This document shows positions 28,557 to 37,638 of a stretch of 64,000 nucleotides of DNA, one piece after another. A program made the translations under genes and the position numbers. The DNA comes from Minisyncoccota bacterium (GTDB taxonomy: Bacteria; Patescibacteriota; Minisyncoccia; Phycocordibacterales; PALSA-1337): assembly GCA_041665385.1 (NCBI GenBank), contig JBAYIX010000001.1, positions 47,865 to 111,864 on the forward strand. Reading direction: 5' to 3'. Under the pieces are notes generated by a model. It was not told the origin of the DNA, did no database searches, and worked only from the letters and a program-made list of their open reading frames with translations. Each line of letters begins with the position of its first letter. Position 1 is the first letter of the stretch.

Positions 28557-30074
28557 ATGAAATCGAATCTATGTTATTCTAGTGCAATGGAAGGATCTCA
28601 CCAAACAACTATTCCCTTGCAGGTCATAAGCGCCATTGAAACCCTAGAAAAGGCAGGTTTCAAGGCATATCTCGTCGGTGGATCGGTCCGCGACTTGCTA
28701 CTTGGCAAAAAACCCAAAGACTGGGATATTACGACAAACGCAAAACCCGAACAAATTCAAGGTTTGTTTACAAAAACTGTCTATGAAAACGTTTACGGCA
28801 CAGTAGCTGTCATAGACGAAACTACAGAAGATATTTCACTAAAAAGTATTGAGATTACCCCATTTCGATTGGAATCCGACTATAGCGATAGACGTCATCC
28901 TGACCAAGTAAAGTTTAGTGATAAGATCGAAGATGATCTAAAAAGACGAGACTTCACAATAAATGCGATTGCGGTGTCCTTATCCAATGGCGCTATAAAG
29001 GACATAATTGACCTTTACAGTGGTTTCCAAGACATAAAAGACAAAACTATCAGAACAGTAGGAGATGCCGCATCTAGGTTCAACGAGGACGCCCTACGCA
29101 TGATGCGTGCTATACGACTGGCTGTAGAATTGGGTTTCACCATAGATAAGAACACTCTAGACGGCATAAAAATGAACAGTAATCTCTTGAAGGAAGTATC
29201 TATAGAACGTATTCGTGATGAGTTTACAAAGATAATCCTATCCGAACAGCCAAAAAGCGGTATTGAGCTGATGCAAAGCGCTGGTTTGTTGTTTCACGTG
29301 ACACCTGAGCTCGAAAAAGCCATAGGAGTAGGCCAAAACCAAGCCCATGCCTACGATGTTTGGGAACATCTACTACGTAGTCTGCAATGTGCGGCAGATA
29401 AAGACTGGAGCTTGGAAATACGTTTGGCTGCCCTTTTTCACGATATTTCAAAGCCAAAGACCAAAGGTCTTTCACGTGAAACAGGTATCATCACCTTTTA
29501 TGGCCATGAAATGGCTGGTTCACGTGAAACACGTAAAATATTAGAAAGAATGCGCTTTTCACGTGAAATCATCGAAATAGTCGTAAAACTGGTTAGATGG
29601 CACATGTTTTTCTCAGATACCGAGGTTGTTACCCTCTCTGCTGTTCGCCGTATGATCGCAAACGTCGGCAAAGACCTAATATGGGATCTAATGGACTTGC
29701 GGGTCTGTGATAGAGTCGGTACTGGTCGCCCAAAGGAAAATCCATACAGACTCCGTAAGTACAAGGCTATGGTGGAAGAAGCACTCAAGGACCCAGTATC
29801 CGTCAGTATGTTGAAAATCGATGGTAATAGAATAATGGAAATTTGCAATATTAAACCTGGACCCAAAATTGGATTTATTCTACATGCACTATTCAATGAA
29901 GTGCTCGATGATCCAAAACTAAACACGGCAGAACAACTGGAAAAACGAGCAGAAGAATTGATAGTAATTGACGATAATACGTTGAGAACTATGGGTGAAT
30001 CTGGAAAAGATCGCAAAGAGGAGGAGGAAGAAAAGAGCGTAAAGGAAATAAGGGACAAGTACCATGTCCAATAA
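28557..30074 (+). CDS. cca: CCA-adding tRNA nucleotidyltransferase with HD domain
   Basis: Pol-beta-like NTase head (GGSVRDLLLGKKPKDWDITT), RLAALFHDISKP HD motif, 505 aa. Confidence 0.85.
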   Translation: MKSNLCYSSAMEGSHQTTIPLQVISAIETLEKAGFKAYLVGGSVRDLLLGKKPKDWDITTNAKPEQIQGLFTKTVYENVYGTVAVIDETTEDISLKSIEITPFRLESDYSDRRHPDQVKFSDKIEDDLKRRDFTINAIAVSLSNGAIKDIIDLYSGFQDIKDKTIRTVGDAASRFNEDALRMMRAIRLAVELGFTIDKNTLDGIKMNSNLLKEVSIERIRDEFTKIILSEQPKSGIELMQSAGLLFHVTPELEKAIGVGQNQAHAYDVWEHLLRSLQCAADKDWSLEIRLAALFHDISKPKTKGLSRETGIITFYGHEMAGSRETRKILERMRFSREIIEIVVKLVRWHMFFSDTEVVTLSAVRRMIANVGKDLIWDLMDLRVCDRVGTGRPKENPYRLRKYKAMVEEALKDPVSVSMLKIDGNRIMEICNIKPGPKIGFILHALFNEVLDDPKLNTAEQLEKRAEELIVIDDNTLRTMGESGKDRKEEEEEKSVKEIRDKYHVQ

Positions 30075-30075
30075 A

Positions 30076-30102
30076 GGACAGAGTTATCCACAGTCTGTCC
30101 TT
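30076..30102 (+). terminator. terminator hairpin after cca
   Basis: aggacaga-gttatccacag-tctgtcct: an 8-bp stem immediately after the stop codon, followed by a T-rich tract. Confidence 0.45.
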
Positions 30103-30566
30103 TACACTATTTATTAAAGGACATACAATACTCTCAGATCCGTTCGTTGTCCGAGGTCTGTCATGCTCATCATAGTACGTAAACAAAATATATTTATGTG
30201 TTTTGGTGAGCATGACACAAACGAGCAAAGCTCTTTCAAAAGTTAGGGTAGGTAACTCCTTTTCATGAAGTCTGATGTGTTTGTCAGTGTTAGTTTCGCA
30301 ACCTTCTGTTGCTAGGCCACATCATAGTGTATTCTGTCACAAAATATACACAGTCTCCGAGCAGGAGAACTAATAGGAAGTGAAACAGAAAAAGCACACT
30401 ATATGCCTCAGGAACGGACCGGATAGCGATAGTGGACGTGATGGCCTTTGGCCATTCCATGTCACGGACCTGTGGGTCCTCCTTGTTCTTTAGTGCTTTT
30501 AAGTCAGACTTCAAAAGCCGCGTGAGCGCAGTCCGATCTCTAGGAAACGCATTACGCGGTTTTTTA
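30103..30566. ncRNA. candidate structured non-coding RNA in a convergent intergenic region (class unknown)
   Basis: About 460 nt without a convincing ORF between convergent cca and xth. Contains nested perfect hairpins (atggcc-ttt-ggccat, ggacc-tgtg-ggtcc, cgtga...tcacg, tgtcatgctca...tgagcatgaca) and ends with ccgcgt...acgcgg-TTTTTT. No RNase P, tmRNA or SRP consensus motifs recognised by eye. Confidence 0.3.
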
Positions 30567-30618
30567 TTGGCCGTATTCTGTGTTTTTTGTATTAATACAT
30601 TCAAACAGAGCCATAAAA

Positions 30619-31407
30619 CTATCTAATAACAAGTTCGAGTGGACAATGGTCAGATCCGAGAACATGGTCTAATATTCTTATCTTTTCAACCTTTTCCATC
30701 AGTCCAGGAGTTACAAAAAAGTAGTCTATCCTCCAACCAACATTACGCTCTCTAGCAAACGTCTTCATATCCCAATATGTGTATTTACCGACAAGAGTGG
30801 GGTAGAGAGATCTGAATACATCCACATAACCATTTTTCACAACCTTATCGAGCCATGCTCGCTCTACTGGCAGGAAACCAGTATTGCCAGCATTTTCTTT
30901 TGGACGAGCCAAGTCTATTTCATTGTGAGCGGTATTGATATCCCCAGTAAAGATCACCTCATAACCCTTTTTTTGCAGAGAATTTACGTACTTTAAAAAT
31001 TCATCGTAGTATTCGAGCTTAAATTTCAATCGGACAGGTCCACCGCCGCCATTGGGAAAATAAATGTTCAATACAGCTAGTTTTGATATGTCCTTTATCA
31101 AACCATCATAAAATAGGCCTATAAACCTACCTTCCTGATCATATTGTTCTTTACCGAGTCCATATTCGACTTTTGATGGTTTAACCTTGGTAAAAGCCGC
31201 CACTCCGCTATAGCCATTACGTCCTTTGGAATGGTCAAAGTACGAAAAATACCCAGGAGGATTGTGGACACCTTCTTCTAGTTGTTCTGCCCGGGCCTTT
31301 GTTTCTTGAACAAAATAAATATCTGGAGATTCATTCAAAAACCAGTCAAAACCGCCTTTTTTCACGTTTGCACGAATTCCATTTACATTCCAAGAGATTA
31401 TTCTCAT
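30619..31407 (-). CDS. xth: exodeoxyribonuclease III (AP endonuclease)
   Basis: MRIISWNVNGIRAN...FVQETKA...GDINTAHNEIDL...WRIDYFFV...SDHCPLEL are the EEP-family catalytic motifs. Confidence 0.9.
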   Translation of the reverse strand: MRIISWNVNGIRANVKKGGFDWFLNESPDIYFVQETKARAEQLEEGVHNPPGYFSYFDHSKGRNGYSGVAAFTKVKPSKVEYGLGKEQYDQEGRFIGLFYDGLIKDISKLAVLNIYFPNGGGGPVRLKFKLEYYDEFLKYVNSLQKKGYEVIFTGDINTAHNEIDLARPKENAGNTGFLPVERAWLDKVVKNGYVDVFRSLYPTLVGKYTYWDMKTFARERNVGWRIDYFFVTPGLMEKVEKIRILDHVLGSDHCPLELVIR

Positions 31408-31421
31408 CTCTTCATCATACT

Positions 31422-32351
31422 TTATCTACGTTTATTGTGAAACTGACTATGCACACGCTTTAGTTCTTTGTCTGTAATATGCGTATACATTTGAGTTGTG
31501 CTTATATTCGCATGACCCAAAAGCATCTGGACAGAGCGCAAATCTGCTCCATTCATGAGGAGATCTGTGGCAAAACAGTGACGTATGACGTGAGGAGTAA
31601 CTTTTTTTGATATGCCTGCCCTGACTGCATATTGTTTCACGATACGCTCTATAGAACGCCTATCTAGAGCCAGATCACCACCTCGGGACTTTTCTTTGCC
31701 AAAACGAACAAACAGAGCATCATCTACATCAGTTCTTTTGTTTATATACTTTTTCAAAGCACTCTTTGCCTCCAAAGAAAGGAAGACAACACGTATTTTC
31801 TCACCTTTTCCTCGGATAGAAAACTCATCCGCATCCAGATCCAGGTCTCGAGACAGGGAACAGAGCTCAGAAACGCGCAAACCTGTAGAAAAGAGTAGTT
31901 CTAGAATAGCTTTGTCACGCAGAGACTTGATTTCTTCGCCTTTCGGAGCATCGAGGAGCCGCGTGAGTTCTTCTTTGGTAATGAGATCCATATGCCTTTC
32001 TCCTACCTTGGCGAGTTCGATGTGTTCTGCCGAAAGTGTATTTATATTGCGCTTTGCTAGATATTTCAAGAAAGCACGCAGTGAAATGAGATAATAATTC
32101 TGTGTTTTCTTCTTTAGTGTTCTTATATCGCTCGATCTACCTATTTCTTGGCGCACCGGCTGACGATTGAGCCACAAACGATATGCTCTCATTTTCTCGG
32201 GAGTGATAGAAGCGGGATTATTACTCTTCAAAAAAGCCAAAAACTTACTAATATGATGATCATAATTTTCCAAAGTTTTCATGGAACGACCTTTTTCTAT
32301 CTCGATGTACTCCAAAAATTCTTGTTTCAGATCCCTGAGATTATGCGACAT
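31422..32351 (-). CDS. xerC: tyrosine recombinase XerC/XerD family (start at internal Met)
   Basis: Phage-integrase N-terminal SAM-like domain plus catalytic R...HxxR...Y motifs (GLRVSELCSL, HVIRHCFATDLLMNGADLRSVQMLLGHANISTTQMYTHI). Confidence 0.85.
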   Translation of the reverse strand: MSHNLRDLKQEFLEYIEIEKGRSMKTLENYDHHISKFLAFLKSNNPASITPEKMRAYRLWLNRQPVRQEIGRSSDIRTLKKKTQNYYLISLRAFLKYLAKRNINTLSAEHIELAKVGERHMDLITKEELTRLLDAPKGEEIKSLRDKAILELLFSTGLRVSELCSLSRDLDLDADEFSIRGKGEKIRVVFLSLEAKSALKKYINKRTDVDDALFVRFGKEKSRGGDLALDRRSIERIVKQYAVRAGISKKVTPHVIRHCFATDLLMNGADLRSVQMLLGHANISTTQMYTHITDKELKRVHSQFHNKRR

Positions 32352-32425
32352 ACATATATTGTACGATGTTAACATCTATTTCGGTATCTTGCTCATTTTA
32401 GGCATTCATGCTACTATTTCACATC

Positions 32426-32692
32426 ATGTTATCACCACGCCAAAAGACAAAGATTATCAAGGGTACCGGCATACACGACAAGGACACCGGCTCTGCCGAA
32501 GTTCAGGTCGCCCTGCTCTCGAAAAGGATAGAGGAATTGACCTCTCATTTGAAGAAACACAAGAAAGATAACCACTCCAGAAGGGGACTTTTGGGCATGG
32601 TGGCAGATCGACAAACACATTTGAATTATCTCAAGAAGAACTATCCTCGCAGATATTCGTCTATCATAAAGAAACTAGAACTCAAGAAGTAA
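32426..32692 (+). CDS. rpsO: 30S ribosomal protein S15
   Basis: [71 protein letters not shown] is the canonical S15 sequence. Confidence 0.9.
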   Translation: MLSPRQKTKIIKGTGIHDKDTGSAEVQVALLSKRIEELTSHLKKHKKDNHSRRGLLGMVADRQTHLNYLKKNYPRRYSSIIKKLELKK

Positions 32693-32749
32693 CTTTTTTC
32701 TCATTTCGGTTCGTACCTTAAAAATTAATATTTTTCATACACAAGTAAC

Positions 32750-33265
32750 ATGTCAGTAATAAAACACAAAGAACAGCGCGTCGGCATTTTCATCGATGCA
32801 CAAAACCTGTATCACAGCGGAAAAAACTTATACCACTCCAAGGTAAACTTCGGAAAAATCGTAGAGGACGCTCTAGACAACAGGAAACTCGTACGAGCAG
32901 TAGCATACGTCATCGCAACAGAAGGAGGTGAGGAAAACGCCTTTTTCGACGCCCTGACCAAAGTCGGCATAGAAACAAAGATAAAAGACCTCCAAGTCTT
33001 CGGCTCCGGAGCCAAAAAAGCAGACTGGGATGTCGGCATGGCGATAGATGCTGTGAAAGTAGCACCCAAGCTCGATGCGGTCGTTCTCGTCACCGGTGAC
33101 GGAGACTTTGTACCACTCGTAGAATACCTCCAGATGAACCAAGGCTGTCAGGTAGAAGTCGTCTCTTTCGGCAAATCCACATCAGCAAAGCTGATCGAAG
33201 CCGCAGACCATTTTACCGATCTAGACATAGCACCCAACAAGTATCTTCTCCGCGGAAGGAAATAA
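32750..33265 (+). CDS. NYN-domain (LabA-like, PIN-fold) putative ribonuclease
   Basis: VGIFIDAQNLYHS...VLVTGDGDFVPLVEYLQMNQGCQVEVVSFGK matches the NYN/LabA architecture. Inserted between rpsO and pnp. Confidence 0.7.
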   Translation: MSVIKHKEQRVGIFIDAQNLYHSGKNLYHSKVNFGKIVEDALDNRKLVRAVAYVIATEGGEENAFFDALTKVGIETKIKDLQVFGSGAKKADWDVGMAIDAVKVAPKLDAVVLVTGDGDFVPLVEYLQMNQGCQVEVVSFGKSTSAKLIEAADHFTDLDIAPNKYLLRGRK

Positions 33266-33441
33266 ATAGCTCGTAAGTATAACCAAAAATAGTTGCGCAC
33301 ATATGCAAAAGTTGTTACATTGCATGTGATTGTGTGGCACATTACAAACACATCGCCATCAGATAGGCAGGTTTGAAACATTGCTTTCAAGTCTGAAATC
33401 TGACGGCGAACTAACAAATAGGAAAACATCCTATAAATTTT

Positions 33442-35595
33442 ATGACAAAAAAAGAATATTCGATGCAGGTGAGCGGCAAGATTCTAACAGCCGAATTCAC
33501 TGATCTTGCAGACCAAGCAAACGGTTCTGTGCTTTTGCGTTATGGCAATACCGTAGTTTTGGCAACCGCCGTGATGGGAGAAAAAAAAGAAGGGGATTTT
33601 TTCCCTTTGACCGTAGACTATGAAGAACGCTTCTACGCTACCGGCAGGATCTTGGGATCACGTTTCGTCCGCAGAGAAGGACGACCCTCCACCGAAGCCA
33701 TACTTTCCGGAAGAGTAGTCGACCGCACCATACGCCCACTTTTCAATCAGAAAATACGAAATGAAGTCCAAGTAGTAATCACAACAATAGCCATAGGTGA
33801 CGAAGATCCAGACGTAATTTCTGTAGTAGGTGCATCGCTCGCTCTCGGTACCTCCAACATACCGTGGAATGGACCAGTTTCTGCTGTGAGATTGATCAAA
33901 AAGGATGCATGGATCATAAACCCAGATTTCAAGGAGCGCGAGGACGAAGTTTCTACACTGGAAATGATAGCATGCGGCAAGGACAGTATGATAAACATGA
34001 TAGAAGTCGGTTCCAAAGAAGTTGGGGAAAGTACGATAGATGAGGCTTTGACAAAAGCTTCAGAAGAAATAGAAAAGATCCAAAAATGGCAGACGACCAT
34101 AATAAAAGAAATTGGCAAAGCAAAAACAAAAGTTGAAATAGCAGAACCTACGCCAGGCACAAAGGAGCTTTTTGCGGCGGAGATATCGCCCAAACTAAAG
34201 TCCCACGTTTTTTCCAATAAACCAGGCAAAGAACATATATCAGAAATAAATAAAGTATGGACAGACAAATTCAAAGAAAAGATACCCGAAGGCGACCAAG
34301 CGATGGCCCAGGAAGTATTCGAAGAAGCTGTGAATGACCTGCTCCATAACGAAGCCATAGACAATGAAAAACGTGCCGACGGCCGCAGCATGGACGAAGT
34401 TCGTCCGCTTTTCGTAAAAGCCGGCGGGATGTCGCCTGTACTTCATGGATCGGGAATATTTTATCGCGGGGGCACACATATCCTGTCAGCTTTGACATTG
34501 GGTTCACCTGGAGATGCCCTCGTCATAGAAGGCCTGACGATGGAAGAAAACAAGAGATTCATGCATCACTACAATTTTCCGCCATTTTCTACAGGCGAGA
34601 CAGGCAGAATGGGCGGTACAAACAGGAGAATGATAGGACATGGTGCTTTGGCAGAAAAGGCTCTCTTGCCAGTCATCCCTGCAAAAGATAAATTCCCATA
34701 CACGATCCGACTGGTTTCCGAAGCTCTTGCCTCCAATGGCTCCACATCTATGGGGTCAGTATGTGGCTCCACACTGGCACTGATGGACGGGGGAGTGCCT
34801 ATAAAAGCTCCTGTCGCAGGTATTGCATCTGGTTTAATGATGAGAAAAGGTGGAACTGGTAAATACCAATATAAGGTGCTGACAGATATACAGGGACCGG
34901 AAGATCACCATGGCGATATGGATTTCAAGGTAGCAGGAACCAGAGAGGGGATAACTGCCGTGCAAATGGACGTGAAAGTCGGCGGCATACCTCTAGATAT
35001 ACTCACCATAGCCCTAGAAAAGGCAAAGAAGGCGCGTTTCCAAATATTGGATCTAATAGAAAAGGAAATACCTGCACCGAGAAAAACAATTTCCCCCAAT
35101 GCGCCAGAAATAATAACTATGACAATAAAACCAGACCAAATAGGTCTAGTCATAGGCACGGGTGGCAAGACGATAAATGAAATCCGAGATAATACAGGCG
35201 TGGAAGATATAAGCATCGAAGACGATGGCTCGATCTTCATAACTGGCAAGGGTGGTACGGCGGAAAAAGCCCGAGAAATAATACACGGAATGACCAGAGA
35301 ATATATGCCAGGGGAAAAGTTCGATGGAGAAGTGACTCGTCTCATGGAATTTGGCGCTTTTGTAAAGATAGGACCGAACGCCGAAGGATTGGTACACGTC
35401 TCAGAATTTGCACCTTTCCGTGTCGAAAGGGTCGAAACGTATGTAAAAGAGGGCATGAAAGTGCCAGTTTCCGTAAAGGAAGTGGATGAAAAGGGCAGAC
35501 TGAACCTGTCCATCAAAGCTGCAAACGCTGAGTTTTTCACAAAAAAAGAAGAAAATCCAAAGCCGCCTCGACAGGAGTTCAAAAAAAGATTTTAA
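33442..35595 (+). CDS. pnp: polynucleotide phosphorylase
   Basis: Two RNase PH domains, a KH domain (IGLVIGTGGKTINEIRDNTG) and an S1 domain (GEKFDGEVTRLMEFGAFVKIGPNAEGLVHVSE). 717 aa. Confidence 0.9.
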   Translation: MTKKEYSMQVSGKILTAEFTDLADQANGSVLLRYGNTVVLATAVMGEKKEGDFFPLTVDYEERFYATGRILGSRFVRREGRPSTEAILSGRVVDRTIRPLFNQKIRNEVQVVITTIAIGDEDPDVISVVGASLALGTSNIPWNGPVSAVRLIKKDAWIINPDFKEREDEVSTLEMIACGKDSMINMIEVGSKEVGESTIDEALTKASEEIEKIQKWQTTIIKEIGKAKTKVEIAEPTPGTKELFAAEISPKLKSHVFSNKPGKEHISEINKVWTDKFKEKIPEGDQAMAQEVFEEAVNDLLHNEAIDNEKRADGRSMDEVRPLFVKAGGMSPVLHGSGIFYRGGTHILSALTLGSPGDALVIEGLTMEENKRFMHHYNFPPFSTGETGRMGGTNRRMIGHGALAEKALLPVIPAKDKFPYTIRLVSEALASNGSTSMGSVCGSTLALMDGGVPIKAPVAGIASGLMMRKGGTGKYQYKVLTDIQGPEDHHGDMDFKVAGTREGITAVQMDVKVGGIPLDILTIALEKAKKARFQILDLIEKEIPAPRKTISPNAPEIITMTIKPDQIGLVIGTGGKTINEIRDNTGVEDISIEDDGSIFITGKGGTAEKAREIIHGMTREYMPGEKFDGEVTRLMEFGAFVKIGPNAEGLVHVSEFAPFRVERVETYVKEGMKVPVSVKEVDEKGRLNLSIKAANAEFFTKKEENPKPPRQEFKKRF

Positions 35596-35653
35596 AACCA
35601 CAAGACCATACTTGTAAGCAAAAAAATTAATTTTTAGTTATAATGAAGGAGTA

Positions 35654-37264
35654 ATGGACGAGAGTGAACAAAAAAAAGAAAGTGAGGAAAGGGTATATGA
35701 GTTTACCTCAGACCTGAATATTTCCGCAGTCAAAAATACGGATCCGGATGCAGAATCCTTGCCTGTACCGGAAGTACCGATCCCTACGCTAAAAAGTGAA
35801 ATAAAAAAAGAAGTACCAAAACCAGAATATCCAGAAAAAATCGGCGTACCGCAATATGGTAATAGCATAGATGTCCGAAAAGAGGCCCCGACATCTGTTC
35901 CTGAGCAGAAAATATCTCCGCCGGCACATGTGTCTATCACAACACCCAAAGAAGAACCTGTCGCCAAGCGAGAACCAGACAAAGAAAAAGCCATTCGAAC
36001 CCTCGAAGGCGACATTGCCGAATACATGGCGAAAAACAATATTTCTACCGCCACGATGGTAATTGCGGAAAAAGAAAAGAAGGACAAAAAAACCCCACCA
36101 GTGCCTGTAAAACCTGAACCCACAAAACCTGCAGAACCCGAGCCTGAAGACACCACCGTAGATATACCACCCATACCGGAGCAAACCAAACTCAGCGAAA
36201 AACTAAATAAGTTTCGAGAAGAAGAAGCACAGGAACTTGTGGACATAAACAAGGACTCTTTGAACATAGCCGATCTGCAACACGAACAGAGAGTAAAACC
36301 TATTCCAAAACCAGAATCAATCCCGACACCTGTACCTGAGCCTAAAGAGGTACCAGTACCTGTACCCGTACCCGAACCAATACCTAAACCCGAACCAGTG
36401 CCTGAACCTGAACACGTTGAACTGGGACACTTCCAGGCGGCAGATTCTACATGGCAGACGAAAAACACAGACCAGCCAACTGAGAAGGCCATGCCTTCGG
36501 CAATAGAATACACACAGTCGAATCTAGATGAAATGGAGTTACCCAAACAGTCCGGCAAGAAAATCTTTTTTGTCCTATTGAGCATGATATTTGTGTTGGG
36601 TGGAATAATAGTCGCCTACTATCTATATAGTATAAGCGCCTTGGCTGTGAAGGTTCCCGTAAACCTGGAGACTGAACTTGGTACTCCCATCATATCCGTA
36701 GATTCGCGAGCAACCCTGGATGTGAACGGTCTTTCCAATACGGAAATTATTTCGGCCTTGAGACAAGCAGTAAACGTCGGCAGTACACCGAATACTATTC
36801 AGGATATCGTATTAACAGAAAAGATTGCTGACACCCCGACACGTCTAACATCTACAGATATACTGAGAAAGCTGTCCATAACCGTGCCAGATACTCTAGC
36901 CCGATCTTTATCTGGACCCTGGATGGTAGGAACATACACAGATCAGAATGGTGCAAAAGATGTATTTGTGATAGCCAAGCACAGCTTCTTTCAAAATGCA
37001 TTTTCTGGAATGATCTCCTGGGAAAAAACTATGATCAATGACCTCAAAGATTATCTTTTCCAATCACAAGAAGACGTCACTACGCACGGACAGTTCGTAG
37101 ACGGTATAGTGGGGAACAAGGACGTCCGCGCATATATTTCTGAAAAAGGCTCTCTCGTGATCTTGTACTCACTTATTGATAATGAAAAAATCGTATTCGC
37201 TACAAAAGAGAGTACAATAAAAGAAATTATTCAAAGACTTGAAAGACAGGCCTATATAAGATAA
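35654..37264 (+). CDS. membrane-anchored protein with proline/glutamate-rich PEP/PVP repeat N-terminal region (hypothetical)
   Basis: N-terminal 290 aa are low complexity (PVPEPKEVPVPVPVPEPIPKPEPVPEPE), followed by one transmembrane helix (KIFFVLLSMIFVLGGIIVAYYLY) and a 230-aa C-terminal domain. Confidence 0.5.
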   Translation: MDESEQKKESEERVYEFTSDLNISAVKNTDPDAESLPVPEVPIPTLKSEIKKEVPKPEYPEKIGVPQYGNSIDVRKEAPTSVPEQKISPPAHVSITTPKEEPVAKREPDKEKAIRTLEGDIAEYMAKNNISTATMVIAEKEKKDKKTPPVPVKPEPTKPAEPEPEDTTVDIPPIPEQTKLSEKLNKFREEEAQELVDINKDSLNIADLQHEQRVKPIPKPESIPTPVPEPKEVPVPVPVPEPIPKPEPVPEPEHVELGHFQAADSTWQTKNTDQPTEKAMPSAIEYTQSNLDEMELPKQSGKKIFFVLLSMIFVLGGIIVAYYLYSISALAVKVPVNLETELGTPIISVDSRATLDVNGLSNTEIISALRQAVNVGSTPNTIQDIVLTEKIADTPTRLTSTDILRKLSITVPDTLARSLSGPWMVGTYTDQNGAKDVFVIAKHSFFQNAFSGMISWEKTMINDLKDYLFQSQEDVTTHGQFVDGIVGNKDVRAYISEKGSLVILYSLIDNEKIVFATKESTIKEIIQRLERQAYIR

Positions 37265-37273
37265 AATTCCCAC

Positions 37274-37636
37274 ATGACTACACAGGAAATAAAAAAATTT
37301 AAAGAAATGTTACTTGCAGAAAAACAGAGCTTGGAACAGCAATTGACCGGGATAGGAAAAAAAGACTCATCAAGTGCGGGTGGCTGGGATGCCACAACAG
37401 CGAATATCGAGGTGGACGTAGCAGACGAAAATGAACTAGCAGACAAGATGGAAGAATTGGAAGAAAATTCCGAAGTAGCATCGCAACTCGAGAGTCAGCT
37501 CAGTGAAGTAAAGGAAGCTCTTACAAAAATAGAAAGCGGCAATTTTGGCCTATGTGAGATCTGCGGAGAAGAAATAGAAATGGAAAGACTAGAAGCAAAC
37601 CCGAGTGCCAAAGTATCCATAAAGCACGCTCACTAA
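37274..37636 (+). CDS. DksA/TraR-family C4-type zinc-finger protein
   Basis: Coiled-coil N-terminus and C-terminal CEICGEEIEMERLEANPSAKVSIKH zinc ribbon typical of DksA/TraR/YteA. Confidence 0.7.
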   Translation: MTTQEIKKFKEMLLAEKQSLEQQLTGIGKKDSSSAGGWDATTANIEVDVADENELADKMEELEENSEVASQLESQLSEVKEALTKIESGNFGLCEICGEEIEMERLEANPSAKVSIKHAH

Positions 37637-37638
37637 CA

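Noticed and set aside
30078-30095. Perfect DnaA box TTATCCACA inside the cca terminator hairpin
   Set aside because: An isolated single box forming part of a stem-loop far from dnaA. Most likely coincidental, though DnaA-box occurrences are enriched for a 9-mer.
30103-30566. Assignment of the structured intergenic region as RNase P RNA or tmRNA
   Set aside because: Could not find GGAAAGUCC / ACAGAANCCGGCUUA (P4) or a tRNA-like 3' end with GGUUCGA...CCA on either strand. Left as an unclassified candidate.
35638-36585. 315-aa minus-strand Gly/Ser/Thr-rich ORF
   Set aside because: Antisense to the proline-rich repeat region of the 35654-37264 gene. Low-complexity mirror-frame artefact.
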